From an uncultured Solibacteraceae bacterium (GTDB taxonomy: Bacteria; Acidobacteriota; Vicinamibacteria; Vicinamibacterales; SCN-69-37), in NCBI GenBank assembly GCA_964471115.1, contig CAYYFE010000016.1, forward strand, positions 6,874-70,873: a DNA stretch of 64,000 nucleotides, read 5' to 3'. The position numbers and the translations under genes are program-made. The notes under the pieces are model-generated. The model was given only the letters and a program-made list of their open reading frames with translations, made no database searches and had not been told where the DNA came from. The stretch's first letter is position 1. The number at the start of each line of letters is the position of its first letter. This document shows positions 42,232 to 53,103 of this stretch, piece after piece.

Positions 42232-42798
42232 CTACCGGTGGGACTCGCCGCGGCCGGCGCGCTGCTGCTCCCAATACGCAATCAGCTTGGCGTACTGTTC
42301 CGCCGAGAGCACCTGATACACCTGATACAACATCAACGTGCGTGTCTTGTTGAGCGTGGTTCGCTGCGCCTCGACGCGGTCCAGCTGCACGGCGATGACG
42401 TCGCTGCCCACCTTCCGTTCGCGCAGCAACCGGTTGAGTTCGGTCTCCTGCTTGCGGAACTCGCGTTCCTGGGCCCGGGCGTCGGGCAGGCGCTTATGGA
42501 ACAGATCGTCAATCTGTTTGGACTGGTCGGCCGTGATGCCCACGGCCTGCATGGTCTTGACGTCCTTCCACCAGAACCAGTTGCCCCGGGGCGGCACCGG
42601 CAACCCGGGCTGCTGACCGCCGTCGCGGTTGCCCGACTGGCCCTGCCGGTTCTGATCGGCGGCCGGGCGGGCCTGGGTCTGCGCGGGTGAGGCCGGCTCG
42701 GGGGCCCCGGCCGTCTGCGCGTCAGCGGCCCGGGGAGTGGGGGCCCACACCGTCACGGCCAGCAGCAGCCCGCCAAGGGTCAGAAGTCTTGTCTTCAC
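42232..42798 (-). CDS. Spy/CpxP-like periplasmic helical protein
   Basis: Signal peptide, WWKD...GITADQSKQID, VLSAEQYAKL pattern. Confidence 0.7.
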   Translation of the reverse strand: MKTRLLTLGGLLLAVTVWAPTPRAADAQTAGAPEPASPAQTQARPAADQNRQGQSGNRDGGQQPGLPVPPRGNWFWWKDVKTMQAVGITADQSKQIDDLFHKRLPDARAQEREFRKQETELNRLLRERKVGSDVIAVQLDRVEAQRTTLNKTRTLMLYQVYQVLSAEQYAKLIAYWEQQRAGRGESHR

Positions 42799-42842
42799 AC
42801 AATCTCTTACGCCGGGGCAAAAACCCCTGTTTACGGGGGAGT

Positions 42843-44033
42843 TCAGGCGCCCGCCAGCGTTTCCAGGCGGGTGACGACCTGGCCGATGAGGTTATTCGGC
42901 GTCGAGGCCCCGGCCGTCAGCCCGATGCGCACCGGTCCGGCCGGCAGCCAGTCGGCCGTCACGATCTCGGCCACGGCGGTGGTGGAAGGCGCGCCAATGG
43001 GCCGATGCCGAATCTGACTGGCCGACACCAGGCCCCCGGGCTCGGCAATGTGGTAGGTACGCACGCGGTCGGCACAGATTTTCGCCAGATTGCAGGTATT
43101 GCTGGAGTTGTACCCGCCGATCACCACCATCAGGTCGAGCGGTTCCTGGTCGAGCAGGGCCAGCACGGCGTCCTGCCGTTCCTGCGTCGCCGAGCAAATG
43201 GTGTCGAACGCCCGGAAGACGTCGGCCAGCGCCGCCTGACCGTACCGAGCCGCCATCGCGCGGCCGAACATCGCGCCAATCTCGAGCGACTCACTCATGA
43301 GCATGGTCGTCTGGTTGGCGCAGCCGATGCGCTGCAGGTGCACGTCCGGGTCGAATCCGGGCGACGCGGCCCGGCCGAAACGCTGGAGAAACGCCGCGCG
43401 GTCGCCGCCGCGGACGATGTAGTCGCAGACGACCTCGGCTTCGTCCTTGTCGAGGACGATGAGGAAGTGGCCGCCGGGATACTGGGTGGCCTGCGACGCG
43501 GTGGCCTGGGTCTCCTCGTGCGACACCTTGCCGTGGATGACCGAGGTGAAGCCGTCCTGGGCGTAACGCTTCACGTTCTTCCAGACGGTCAGCACCGAGC
43601 CACACGTCGTGTCGACCAGCGTGCACCCCAGCCGATCGAGGCGCGCCATCTCGCTTACCGACACGCCAAACGCCGGCAGAATCACGACGTCGTCGCCGTC
43701 CAGCGTGGTCGCGGCCTCGGCCGTGTCGGACAGGAACCGGATGCCCTGCGCGCGCAACTGGTCGTTCACGTGGGGGTTGTGGATGATTTCGCCGGTCAGG
43801 AACACCCGCTTCTCGGGAAACCGCTTGCGGGTCTGATACGCGTAGTCCACGGCGCGGTCGACGCCGTAACAGAACCCGAATTCGCGCGCGAGATGCAGGG
43901 TGAGCCGCCCGCTGGTCCGCACGAATCCCGCGGCGCGGATGTCATCAACGATGGCCGAGTCGTACGCGACGGCCAGTTCGCCCGCCACCGCGGCCTTCAT
44001 GTCCAGACCTTTGCGGAAGACCAGTGAGGGCAC
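42843..44033 (-). CDS. ispH: 4-hydroxy-3-methylbut-2-enyl diphosphate reductase (long form)
   Basis: [46 protein letters not shown]. Confidence 0.95.
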   Translation of the reverse strand: MPSLVFRKGLDMKAAVAGELAVAYDSAIVDDIRAAGFVRTSGRLTLHLAREFGFCYGVDRAVDYAYQTRKRFPEKRVFLTGEIIHNPHVNDQLRAQGIRFLSDTAEAATTLDGDDVVILPAFGVSVSEMARLDRLGCTLVDTTCGSVLTVWKNVKRYAQDGFTSVIHGKVSHEETQATASQATQYPGGHFLIVLDKDEAEVVCDYIVRGGDRAAFLQRFGRAASPGFDPDVHLQRIGCANQTTMLMSESLEIGAMFGRAMAARYGQAALADVFRAFDTICSATQERQDAVLALLDQEPLDLMVVIGGYNSSNTCNLAKICADRVRTYHIAEPGGLVSASQIRHRPIGAPSTTAVAEIVTADWLPAGPVRIGLTAGASTPNNLIGQVVTRLETLAGA

Positions 44034-44048
44034 AGGGAAATTGTACAG

Positions 44049-44160
44049 GGTCCAACGGGTCCAACGGGTCCAACAGGTCCAACAGGTCCAACAGGTCCAA
44101 CAGGTCCAACAGGTCCAACGGGTCCGGACCTGATGGACCTGTAGGACCCGTTGGACCCTG
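44049..44160. repeat. 9-bp array (GGTCCAACR)8 followed by 4 inverted units; symmetry centre GGTCC|GGACC at 44125/44126
   Basis: Read directly. Confidence 0.95.
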
Positions 44161-44164
44161 GCTC

Positions 44165-44737
44165 TTATCGGTTCGACGCCAGGATCAGGTCGGAGACCCG
44201 CGGGGTCATGTCTTCGAGCGGCTGCAGCGCGCTGAGCGACGGCCGGTCGTAGGCGCCTTCGAGAATGGCCACGTCTTCGGCGGTCATCTGCGGAGGTGCC
44301 GGGGCCGCCGCGGAGATCGCCGGAGGATCGGGCTGGCGGAGCATGTGGCTCAGTTCGATGCCGATGATGCCAATCATGATGCCCGCCGCCGCGGCGGCCG
44401 CGGCCACCCAGCCGGCGCTCATCTGACGACGGCCCGATTCACGCGCCGACGCCGTCGCCGCAGGGAAGCTGATGACCTTGGACGGGCGATCGAGCTGCGC
44501 CAGCCGATCCAGGACCTGGCTGCGCTGGGCGCGCATCCGGTCGTCGGCACACACCGCGTCGGCCTCGGCCCGGCCGGTGGCCTGCACGTCTTCGAGCCAG
44601 CGGCTCATTTCGATGGCCCGGCTGGCGCAGAGCGCGCATTCATCCAGATGGGCCGGATGCAGGCCCGAGGTCCAGACCTCGACCAGTGCATCTTCCGACA
44701 AATGCCCGCGCCGCAACACGACGTCAGCGAGCCGCAT
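44165..44737 (-). CDS. Putative zinc-binding anti-sigma factor
   Basis: HLDECALC (HxxxCxxC), single TM segment, downstream of and overlapping an ECF sigma gene. Confidence 0.75.
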   Translation of the reverse strand: MRLADVVLRRGHLSEDALVEVWTSGLHPAHLDECALCASRAIEMSRWLEDVQATGRAEADAVCADDRMRAQRSQVLDRLAQLDRPSKVISFPAATASARESGRRQMSAGWVAAAAAAAGIMIGIIGIELSHMLRQPDPPAISAAAPAPPQMTAEDVAILEGAYDRPSLSALQPLEDMTPRVSDLILASNR

Positions 44738-45413
44738 GATGGGACCTGCCTTTCTCTTCCGTAGATACTGCGCCACCCTCACGGGGTGTTTCACTGCCCG
44801 GAGCCAGCAGGCTCCGCAGGCGGCGAATCGCGCGGAACAAATGCACGCGGACCGTCGATTCGTTCAGGCCCGTGACGGCACTGACCTCACGCGACGTCCG
44901 CCCTTCAAAGTGACTGAGCACGAACACGAGCCGCTGGCGCTCGGGCAACTCATCCAGGGCCTTGCGGAGCCGGCGACGGCGTTCCTCCTGCAGCAACTGC
45001 GCCTCAGGGCTGGGGCCCCGCGACGGCAGGTGCTCGGCCGGATCCCGTTCGACGCCGTCGGCATCCACCGTCGGCCGGGCAATCCAGCGTTCGCGGCGGC
45101 GCCGGGCCTTGATCCGGTCCAGGCAGCCATTGATCAAAATGCGCGTAAACCAGACCTCGAACGGCAGCTCCTCACGGAACGTGCCCAGGTGGGTGTACGC
45201 CTTCACAAACGCGTCCTGCACCGCCTCGTCGGCGTCGGCGGCATCCCTCAGATAGTGAAACGCGATGCGTGTGGCCCGGCGCTGGTGGCGCTCCACCAGC
45301 TCGCCATACCGCTCGCGCGCGGCATCCACACGTCCGGCCGCCTGATGGGCCTTGACGTCGATGGCGGCACGCGTGTCGAGTTCCCGGGTCGTTTCTGCGG
45401 AAATGGCAGCCAC
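44724..45413 (-). CDS. ECF RNA polymerase sigma-70 factor
   Basis: ADEAVQDAFVKAY, FEVWFTRILIN, LPERQRLVFVL, STVRVHLFRA. Confidence 0.93.
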   Translation of the reverse strand: MAAISAETTRELDTRAAIDVKAHQAAGRVDAARERYGELVERHQRRATRIAFHYLRDAADADEAVQDAFVKAYTHLGTFREELPFEVWFTRILINGCLDRIKARRRRERWIARPTVDADGVERDPAEHLPSRGPSPEAQLLQEERRRRLRKALDELPERQRLVFVLSHFEGRTSREVSAVTGLNESTVRVHLFRAIRRLRSLLAPGSETPREGGAVSTEEKGRSHHAAR

Positions 45414-45452
45414 TCCTGAAGTGAGGATACGGCGAAAGGGTACTATCGTTTA

Positions 45453-45515
45453 CAGGGCACAGGGCGCAGGGCACAGGGCACAGGGCACAGGGCACAGGGC
45501 ACAGGGCACAGGGCG
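45453..45515. repeat. 7-bp array (CAGGGCR)9
   Basis: Begins 1 nt after the SpoIID stop. Confidence 0.95.
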
Positions 45516-45516
45516 C

Positions 45517-46476
45517 CTATTCCAGGGCTGTGCCGGGAAAGTAATGTTCCAGGATTGACCGGAGACTGTCGCCGCGGCGGGCGCGGGCGAGGGCGCCGGC
45601 CTGGCAGAGGCCCACCCCGTGGCCGAATCCGGAGCCCGCCAGCCGGAATCCGGCGCTGGTGCGTTCGATGCGGAACGCCGTGCTCCGGAGGGCGCGCGGG
45701 CCGCGCGCGGCCGACACGACCGCGCGGAAGACCTCGCCGCTGACCTGCGGGGACCGCGTGCCGTCGATGGCGATGGCCATCGCCCGGTCGCCGGCGCCCG
45801 TGCGGGCGACCCGCAGGCCGGTCAGGACATCACCCACGCGGGTGCGCGGATCGCTGTTGAGCAGGGTGCGCCACTCGACCAGGCTCGCCTCGAAGACCCA
45901 GTCCCCGGGCAGGTGACCGGGCACGTCATCGGGCCGCGCCGGCAGGTGGGGATGATCCGTGCCGCCCCACGCGGCCGAGGGCGTCGTGGTGTGTCCGCCG
46001 CAGTTGGCGTGAAAGACCGCTTCAATCGGCACGCCGTTGCGCCGCACGGTGATCCCCCGCGTGCGGCGCGCCGCCGCGGCGGCGTCCGCCGCGAATCGCG
46101 ACGTCCTGAGCCGCGCCGGCTGATACAGCTGGCAGTGCGTGTCGTCGCAGAGGTCAAAGCCGTCGGCGCCGTGGCGCCCGAGATGTGACAGCGCGTACGT
46201 CCGCGCGATCACGGCCTGCACCTCGTACACGCGCGCGACGACGTCGCCGGACACGCCGGTGGGCGTGACCTCGGACAGCGCGGCCACCGTGACGTAGTCG
46301 TCGATGGGAATCCGCTGCACGCGTCCGGAGACGCGCACCCGCACCACGCGCGCATCGTCGCGCGCCGCCGGGGCGATGGCGCCGGGCAGCGACACGCGGC
46401 CCGGCGCGCAGCCGGTCCACGCGACGGCCAGCGCGACGAGGCCGATTCGAGAGATTGCCGCAGCCCGCGCTCGCAT
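45517..46476 (-). CDS. SpoIID/LytB domain protein (peptidoglycan hydrolase-like), possible lipoprotein
   Basis: QAVIARTYA, LCDDTHCQLY, FHANCGG, GFGHGVGLCQAGA, ILEHYFPG. Confidence 0.88.
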   Translation of the reverse strand: MRARAAAISRIGLVALAVAWTGCAPGRVSLPGAIAPAARDDARVVRVRVSGRVQRIPIDDYVTVAALSEVTPTGVSGDVVARVYEVQAVIARTYALSHLGRHGADGFDLCDDTHCQLYQPARLRTSRFAADAAAAARRTRGITVRRNGVPIEAVFHANCGGHTTTPSAAWGGTDHPHLPARPDDVPGHLPGDWVFEASLVEWRTLLNSDPRTRVGDVLTGLRVARTGAGDRAMAIAIDGTRSPQVSGEVFRAVVSAARGPRALRSTAFRIERTSAGFRLAGSGFGHGVGLCQAGALARARRGDSLRSILEHYFPGTALE

Positions 46477-46503
46477 TTGAAGTATTTTAGAGCCGCGGCT
46501 GCG

Positions 46504-48897
46504 ATGACCACCGAACCCATTCTGGTCGTGGATGATGATCCGTTCGTGTTGGGCATGTTGTCGCATGTCGGCCGCGCTCGTGGACTCGAGGTGGTCGGCG
46601 TCCAGTCCGCCGAAGAAGCGACCACGGCCGTCACGACGCGACGCTTCGGCGTGGTCGTGGTCGACCTGCGGCTCGGCGCCGGGTCCGGACTGGACGTGAT
46701 TCGCGAGGTGCGGGCCCGCGACGTCGCGGCCGAAGCCATTGTCATCTCCGCCGACCGCCGGTTGTCGAGCGCGCTCGAAAGTTACGCGCAGGACGTCTTT
46801 GCGTTCGTCCCCAAGCCGTTTGATCCCGCCCAGTTGTTTGCCACGGTCGATCGCGCGCTGGAGCGCCGCCGCGGCGCGGTCGAGCGCCAGCGGCTGACGC
46901 GTGAACTGCGGCTGCTCAACGACGTGGCGACGACGGTCTCGTCATCGATTGAAGCGCGTGAAGCCCTGCAGCGCGGATTGGATCTGGTCGTCGAGGCGTT
47001 CCAGGTGCCGTGGGCCGTCCTGCGCCTGAGGCCGATCGACGGGGGCCCGCTGGTGGTGCGGGCCGTGCACGGCGCGACGCTCGAGCAGGCGGCCACCGTC
47101 TACGCGACCCGCGTCGACTGGCCGTCCGATGCCATCCTGACCGATCCGGTGCCGGTCCGGCAGGACGATGTCTCGACCGCGGATCTGGGCACGTATCGCG
47201 ATCAGTTTCCGGTGGCCAGTTCCCTGTCGGTGCCGGTGATGGCCGGGGCCGACGTCCTCGGGGTGCTCACGCTGGCCTCGCCCGCCGTGGGTCGCTTCGG
47301 CGCCGATGACGAGCGCGTGCTCATCACCATCGGCCGCCAGATGGGCGCCGCGGTGGCCAACGCGCAGCTGTACGAACGGGTGCATCGCGCCAAGGTGCAG
47401 TGGGAGCGGACGTTTGACGCCATCAGCGATCCCATCGCGTTGTTCGACGGCCAGGCGCGGACCATGCGCGCCAATGCGGCGTTGGCCGCCATGCGTGGAT
47501 GGGATGTGCGCGAGACGCAGGGCCGCACGTGCGCGGAGGTCGGTCTGTGCGGCGGCGGGTGTCCGAACTGCCTGGTGGGGCGCGCCATTCGACACGGCGA
47601 ACGGCTCGATCAGGAAGTGACCTCCGCCGAGGGCCGCATCTTCGCCGTGACGACGCTGCCGGTGCCGGACGCGTCGGGCGCCGCCGTGCAGTTTGCGAAG
47701 GAGATGACCGAGGAACGCCTGCGCGCGCGCCAGTTGCGGGCCCTCAGCCAGGAAGTCTCCGCCACCAACGCCGAACTGGTGGCGACGGTCGATCGCCTCA
47801 GGAACACCCAGGCCCAGCTGGTGCAGGCCGAAAAACTGTCGGCCATCGGGCAGCTCGTGGCCGGCGTCGCGCACGAGCTGAACAACCCGCTGACCAGCGT
47901 GATCGGGTACGCGCAGCTGGTGCAGGAAGAGGTCACGGCGCAGCCCGCGCTGGCGGCCATCAGTCAGGCGCTGCTCGACGATGTGGGGCGCATCGTGTCG
48001 GAATCGGACCGCGCCGCGCGCATCGTGCGCAACCTGCTGACCTTCGCGCGCCGGCAGTCGGCGGAGCGATCGGAGCAGGACATCTCCGAGATGTGCCGCC
48101 GCGTCGTGGACCTGCGGGCGTACGATTCGCGCCTGAAGGGCATCGAGGTGGTCACGCACTACGCCGCCGATCTGCCGAAGGTGCACGTCGACGGGGGGCA
48201 GCTGCAGCAGGCGCTGCTCAATCTGGTGCTCAACGCCGAGCAGGCGATGAAGGGCAGTGACACGCGCCGCCTGGAGATCGCGGTGACCTCCGATCCGTCG
48301 TGCGGCGCCGTGCGGATTGACGTCAGCGACACGGGCCACGGCATCGAAAAGGCCAACGTCGCGCGCGTCTTCGACCCGTTTTTCACCACTCGGCCGGTGG
48401 GCGAGGGGACGGGACTGGGCCTGAGCATCGTGTATGGCATCGTGCGCGACCACGGCGGGCAGATCTGGGTCGGGTCGGAGGTGGGCAAAGGCACGACCTT
48501 CTCGATGCGGCTGCCGGTGCGCATCGTGCCGGACACGGCCGAGCCCGTGGCGCTGGTCGCGCACGGCGACAGTGTGATCCGCGACTTCGTGGCCGCCGCG
48601 TTGACCGGCTGGGGCTGCGTGGTGCGGACCGCGCCGACGGCACGCGAAGCGCTCGAGAGCCTGCGGGAGGATCCGGTGACGCTGGCGGTCGTGGACCGGT
48701 CGGTCGCCGACGGCGACGTCCCCGCCTGGCTGGAGGCCTGGGGCCGGCTGGCGGGTCAGGTGCGGCTGCTGGCGCTGGATTCGGGGGGTGACGATGAGCC
48801 GGCCCGGGTGATCCGGGAGTCGGCGGCGGTCACCCTGCCGCCCCCGTACGAGCTGTGTGCCCTGTTCCGCGCCTTCCAGGCAGTGACTCAATGGTAA
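46504..48897 (+). CDS. Soluble hybrid histidine kinase (REC-GAF-PAS-HisKA-HATPase-degenerate REC)
   Basis: ILVVDDD, GVAHELNNPL, NLVLNAEQA, DTGHG, GTGLGL. Confidence 0.92.
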   Translation: MTTEPILVVDDDPFVLGMLSHVGRARGLEVVGVQSAEEATTAVTTRRFGVVVVDLRLGAGSGLDVIREVRARDVAAEAIVISADRRLSSALESYAQDVFAFVPKPFDPAQLFATVDRALERRRGAVERQRLTRELRLLNDVATTVSSSIEAREALQRGLDLVVEAFQVPWAVLRLRPIDGGPLVVRAVHGATLEQAATVYATRVDWPSDAILTDPVPVRQDDVSTADLGTYRDQFPVASSLSVPVMAGADVLGVLTLASPAVGRFGADDERVLITIGRQMGAAVANAQLYERVHRAKVQWERTFDAISDPIALFDGQARTMRANAALAAMRGWDVRETQGRTCAEVGLCGGGCPNCLVGRAIRHGERLDQEVTSAEGRIFAVTTLPVPDASGAAVQFAKEMTEERLRARQLRALSQEVSATNAELVATVDRLRNTQAQLVQAEKLSAIGQLVAGVAHELNNPLTSVIGYAQLVQEEVTAQPALAAISQALLDDVGRIVSESDRAARIVRNLLTFARRQSAERSEQDISEMCRRVVDLRAYDSRLKGIEVVTHYAADLPKVHVDGGQLQQALLNLVLNAEQAMKGSDTRRLEIAVTSDPSCGAVRIDVSDTGHGIEKANVARVFDPFFTTRPVGEGTGLGLSIVYGIVRDHGGQIWVGSEVGKGTTFSMRLPVRIVPDTAEPVALVAHGDSVIRDFVAAALTGWGCVVRTAPTAREALESLREDPVTLAVVDRSVADGDVPAWLEAWGRLAGQVRLLALDSGGDDEPARVIRESAAVTLPPPYELCALFRAFQAVTQW

Positions 48898-48933
48898 AAT
48901 TGGTCGTTTGTTTGCGCTCCAAAGGAGTCATTC

Positions 48934-50521
48934 ATGTCGGGAACAGGTCGGAAAGTCGGGTTGGACGCGGTCGGCATCCAGAACCCGGGCAAGGTGCACT
49001 GGAGTCTTGGCGTTGCGGCGCTGTATGAAGAGGCGATTCGGCGTGGCGAAGGCCAGCTGACGGCCGACGGCCCCATCGTCTGTATCACGTCCCCCCACAC
49101 GGGCCGGTCCCCGAACGACAAGTTCGTGGTGAAGGAGCCGTCGAGCGAGGCCCACGTGGACTGGGGCAAGGTCAACCGGCCCATCGCGCCCGAGAAGTTC
49201 GACGCGCTGCACGCGCGCATGGTGAAGGCCCTCGAGGGCAAGGAACTGTTCGTGCAGGACGTCTACGCCGGCGCCGATCCCGCGTATCGGCTGCCCGTGC
49301 GGCTGATCACCGAAAAGGCGTGGCACAGCCTGTTCGTGCACCACATGTTCATCAACGAGCCGAATGACGAGGTGCGCCTGCAGCACGATCCGCAGTTCAC
49401 CGTCATCGACGTCCCGAGCTTCAAGGCGGACCCCGCGGTGGATGGGACGCGCAGCGAGACGTTCATCCTGCTGAACTTCGCGAAGAAGCTCGTCCTGATC
49501 GGCGGCACCAACTACGCCGGTGAAATGAAGAAGTCGATCTTCACCGTCATGAACTACCTGCTGCCGCTGCGCGACACGATGCCGATGCACTGTTCGGCGA
49601 ACGTGGGCGAGAAGGGCGACGTCGCGTTGTTCTTCGGGCTGTCGGGCACGGGCAAGACGACGCTCTCGAGCGATCCGCACCGCGGCCTCATCGGCGACGA
49701 CGAACACGGGTGGAGCGCGCACGGGGTGTTCAACTTCGAGGGCGGCTGCTACGCCAAGACCATCCGCCTGTCGCGGGAGGCCGAGCCGCAGATCTTCGCC
49801 ACCACCGAACGGTTCGGGACGTTGATTGAAAACGTGGTCATCGACCCGGTGACCCGCAAGCCGGATTTCGACAGCGATGCCATCACCGAGAACACGCGCT
49901 GCGCGTATCCGCTGACGTTCATCGACAACGCCGTGCCGGAGGGACGCGCCGGGCATCCCACCAACATCGTGATGCTCACGGCGGACGCGTACGGCGTGTT
50001 GCCGCCGATCGCGCGCCTCTCGCCGGAAGCCGCGATGTTCCACTTCCTGTCGGGGTACACCGCGAAGGTGGCCGGCACCGAGCGGGGCGTGAAGGAACCG
50101 AGCGCCACGTTCAGCACCTGCTTCGGCGCGCCGTTCATGGTGTGGGACCCCAACGTCTACGCCAAGTTGCTCGGCGAGCGCATCGCGAAGCACAACGCGC
50201 GGGTGTGGCTGGTGAACACCGGCTGGACCGGCGGGCCGTACGGCGTGGGCACCCGCATGAAGATCGCGCACACGCGCGCGATGATCAACGCGGCGCTGTC
50301 GGGCGCGCTCGACCACGTCGGCTACGATCGGGACCCGATCTTCAACCTCGACGTGCCGTCGAGCTGCCCGGGCGTGCCGCCCGAGGTGCTCAAGCCGCGC
50401 AACACCTGGAAGGACCCGGCGGCGTACGACGCGCAGGCGAAGAAGCTGGCCCAGATGTTCGTCGACAACTTCAAGACGTTTGAAGCCACGGCGTCGCCGG
50501 CCGTGAAGGCGGCCGGGCCCA

Positions 50522-50532
<11 letters not shown>
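48934..50532 (+). CDS. pckA: Phosphoenolpyruvate carboxykinase (ATP)
   Basis: [48 protein letters not shown]. Confidence 0.97.
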
Positions 50533-51970
<1,438 letters not shown>

Positions 51971-52000
51971 TTGACACGTTCGTCACACCTGCCTTACTTT
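51971..52000 (+). promoter_or_regulatory. Putative sigma70 promoter TTGACA-N18-TACTTT
   Basis: Perfect -35 box immediately after the gatB stop. Confidence 0.5.
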
Positions 52001-52020
52001 TGAGGTGTTCCTTTTCTCGA

Positions 52021-52335
52021 ATGGCTGCCAAGAGTCGTCTGGTAAGCGTCGAAGCCCCGCGGGTCCACTGGCCTCTGGCTGGGGCCTCCTGTCAGTGCCT
52101 TGCGGCGTTTTTCCGTGAAGAGTTCGTCAAGCACCACCAGTGCCTCGAAGCGCAGCGCGAGTACTTCTCCGAACTGGCCATCGCGCAGGCCGAAGACGCC
52201 CTGCAGCGCATCCTCAGTCAACTCGATCAGCTCTGCCAGCGCGACGATGCGTGTGAGCTGGTGGCGCAGTTGCTGCGGCAGATCGATGCGGTGACCAATC
52301 TGTCGGCGTGGACCGAGCCGGAACATCTGCACTAG
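52021..52335 (+). CDS. Small Cys/His-containing hypothetical protein
   Basis: 104-aa ORF with GC3-biased codons and its own promoter-like sequence. Confidence 0.7.
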   Translation: MAAKSRLVSVEAPRVHWPLAGASCQCLAAFFREEFVKHHQCLEAQREYFSELAIAQAEDALQRILSQLDQLCQRDDACELVAQLLRQIDAVTNLSAWTEPEHLH

Positions 52336-52438
52336 GCACGGCAAGTTCTCTTGTCAGCACAGTAGACATGTCGGCATGTAGGCTCCGGCGTTGGGCCTAC
52401 GCCCTGCGTGTGGGCTGCTGCTTTGCGTGCAAGGGCTT

Positions 52439-52504
52439 CACAGGAGGCACGGAGGCACGGAGAGTTCCTGGCTTGAAACCCTCCGCGTCTCCGCGCCTCC
52501 TGTG
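52439..52504. repeat. Inverted pair of 8-bp repeats (GGAGGCAC-type), 24-bp arms, 18-nt loop
   Basis: CACAGGAGGCACGGAGGCACGGAG / CTCCGCGTCTCCGCGCCTCCTGTG; abuts the stop at 52505. Confidence 0.85.
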
Positions 52505-53092
52505 TCAGGACTGCTTGAGGATGGTCGCCGTGACCTCGAGCGTGACCTTGCGGTCGGTGGCCGGGTCGGCCGACTCGGTGACGATCATCGGCTTGCCGTC
52601 GACCAGTGCGACGGTGATGGACTCGTGCAGCGTTGGAGCCAGGCCGAGGCGCTGGCCGGACGGGCCGGTGGGCCGCGGCGGCGTGTATTCAAAGGTCAGC
52701 CGCACAGAGACCAGCCCATTCTGATAGGCGCTGGCGAGGGCATCGACGTTCAGCGTGGCCTCCGTCTCCCGATTGTTCGTCCGAATCATCCCGCCGTTGC
52801 CGTTGAGCATCACCATCGTCGCGGTCTTCTTGGTGGGCGTGCCACCGTAGTTGTCCGAGAGCGTCAGTTGCAGGCGGATGTTGGTGGAGGCCGGCATGCC
52901 CTGGCTGGTCGGCAGACCCAGTGAGGGCGCGCGGTTGACCGGCGGTGCAGGCGTCGGCGCCTGCGCGGGCGGCGTCGCGCCGCGTTGGCCTGGCACGGCT
53001 GCGGGCGCCTGCGCGCTGGGCGGCGGCGTCTGCGCCGTCAACGGAGCCGCGACGATCGCGGTGATGAGAACGGTGAATACGAGTTTGCGCAT
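52505..53092 (-). CDS. Secreted hypothetical protein with Pro/Ala-rich N-terminus
   Basis: Signal peptide, beta-rich C-terminal domain; third gene of the ECF module. Confidence 0.75.
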   Translation of the reverse strand: MRKLVFTVLITAIVAAPLTAQTPPPSAQAPAAVPGQRGATPPAQAPTPAPPVNRAPSLGLPTSQGMPASTNIRLQLTLSDNYGGTPTKKTATMVMLNGNGGMIRTNNRETEATLNVDALASAYQNGLVSVRLTFEYTPPRPTGPSGQRLGLAPTLHESITVALVDGKPMIVTESADPATDRKVTLEVTATILKQS

Positions 53093-53103
53093 AACGGTTG
53101 CTC

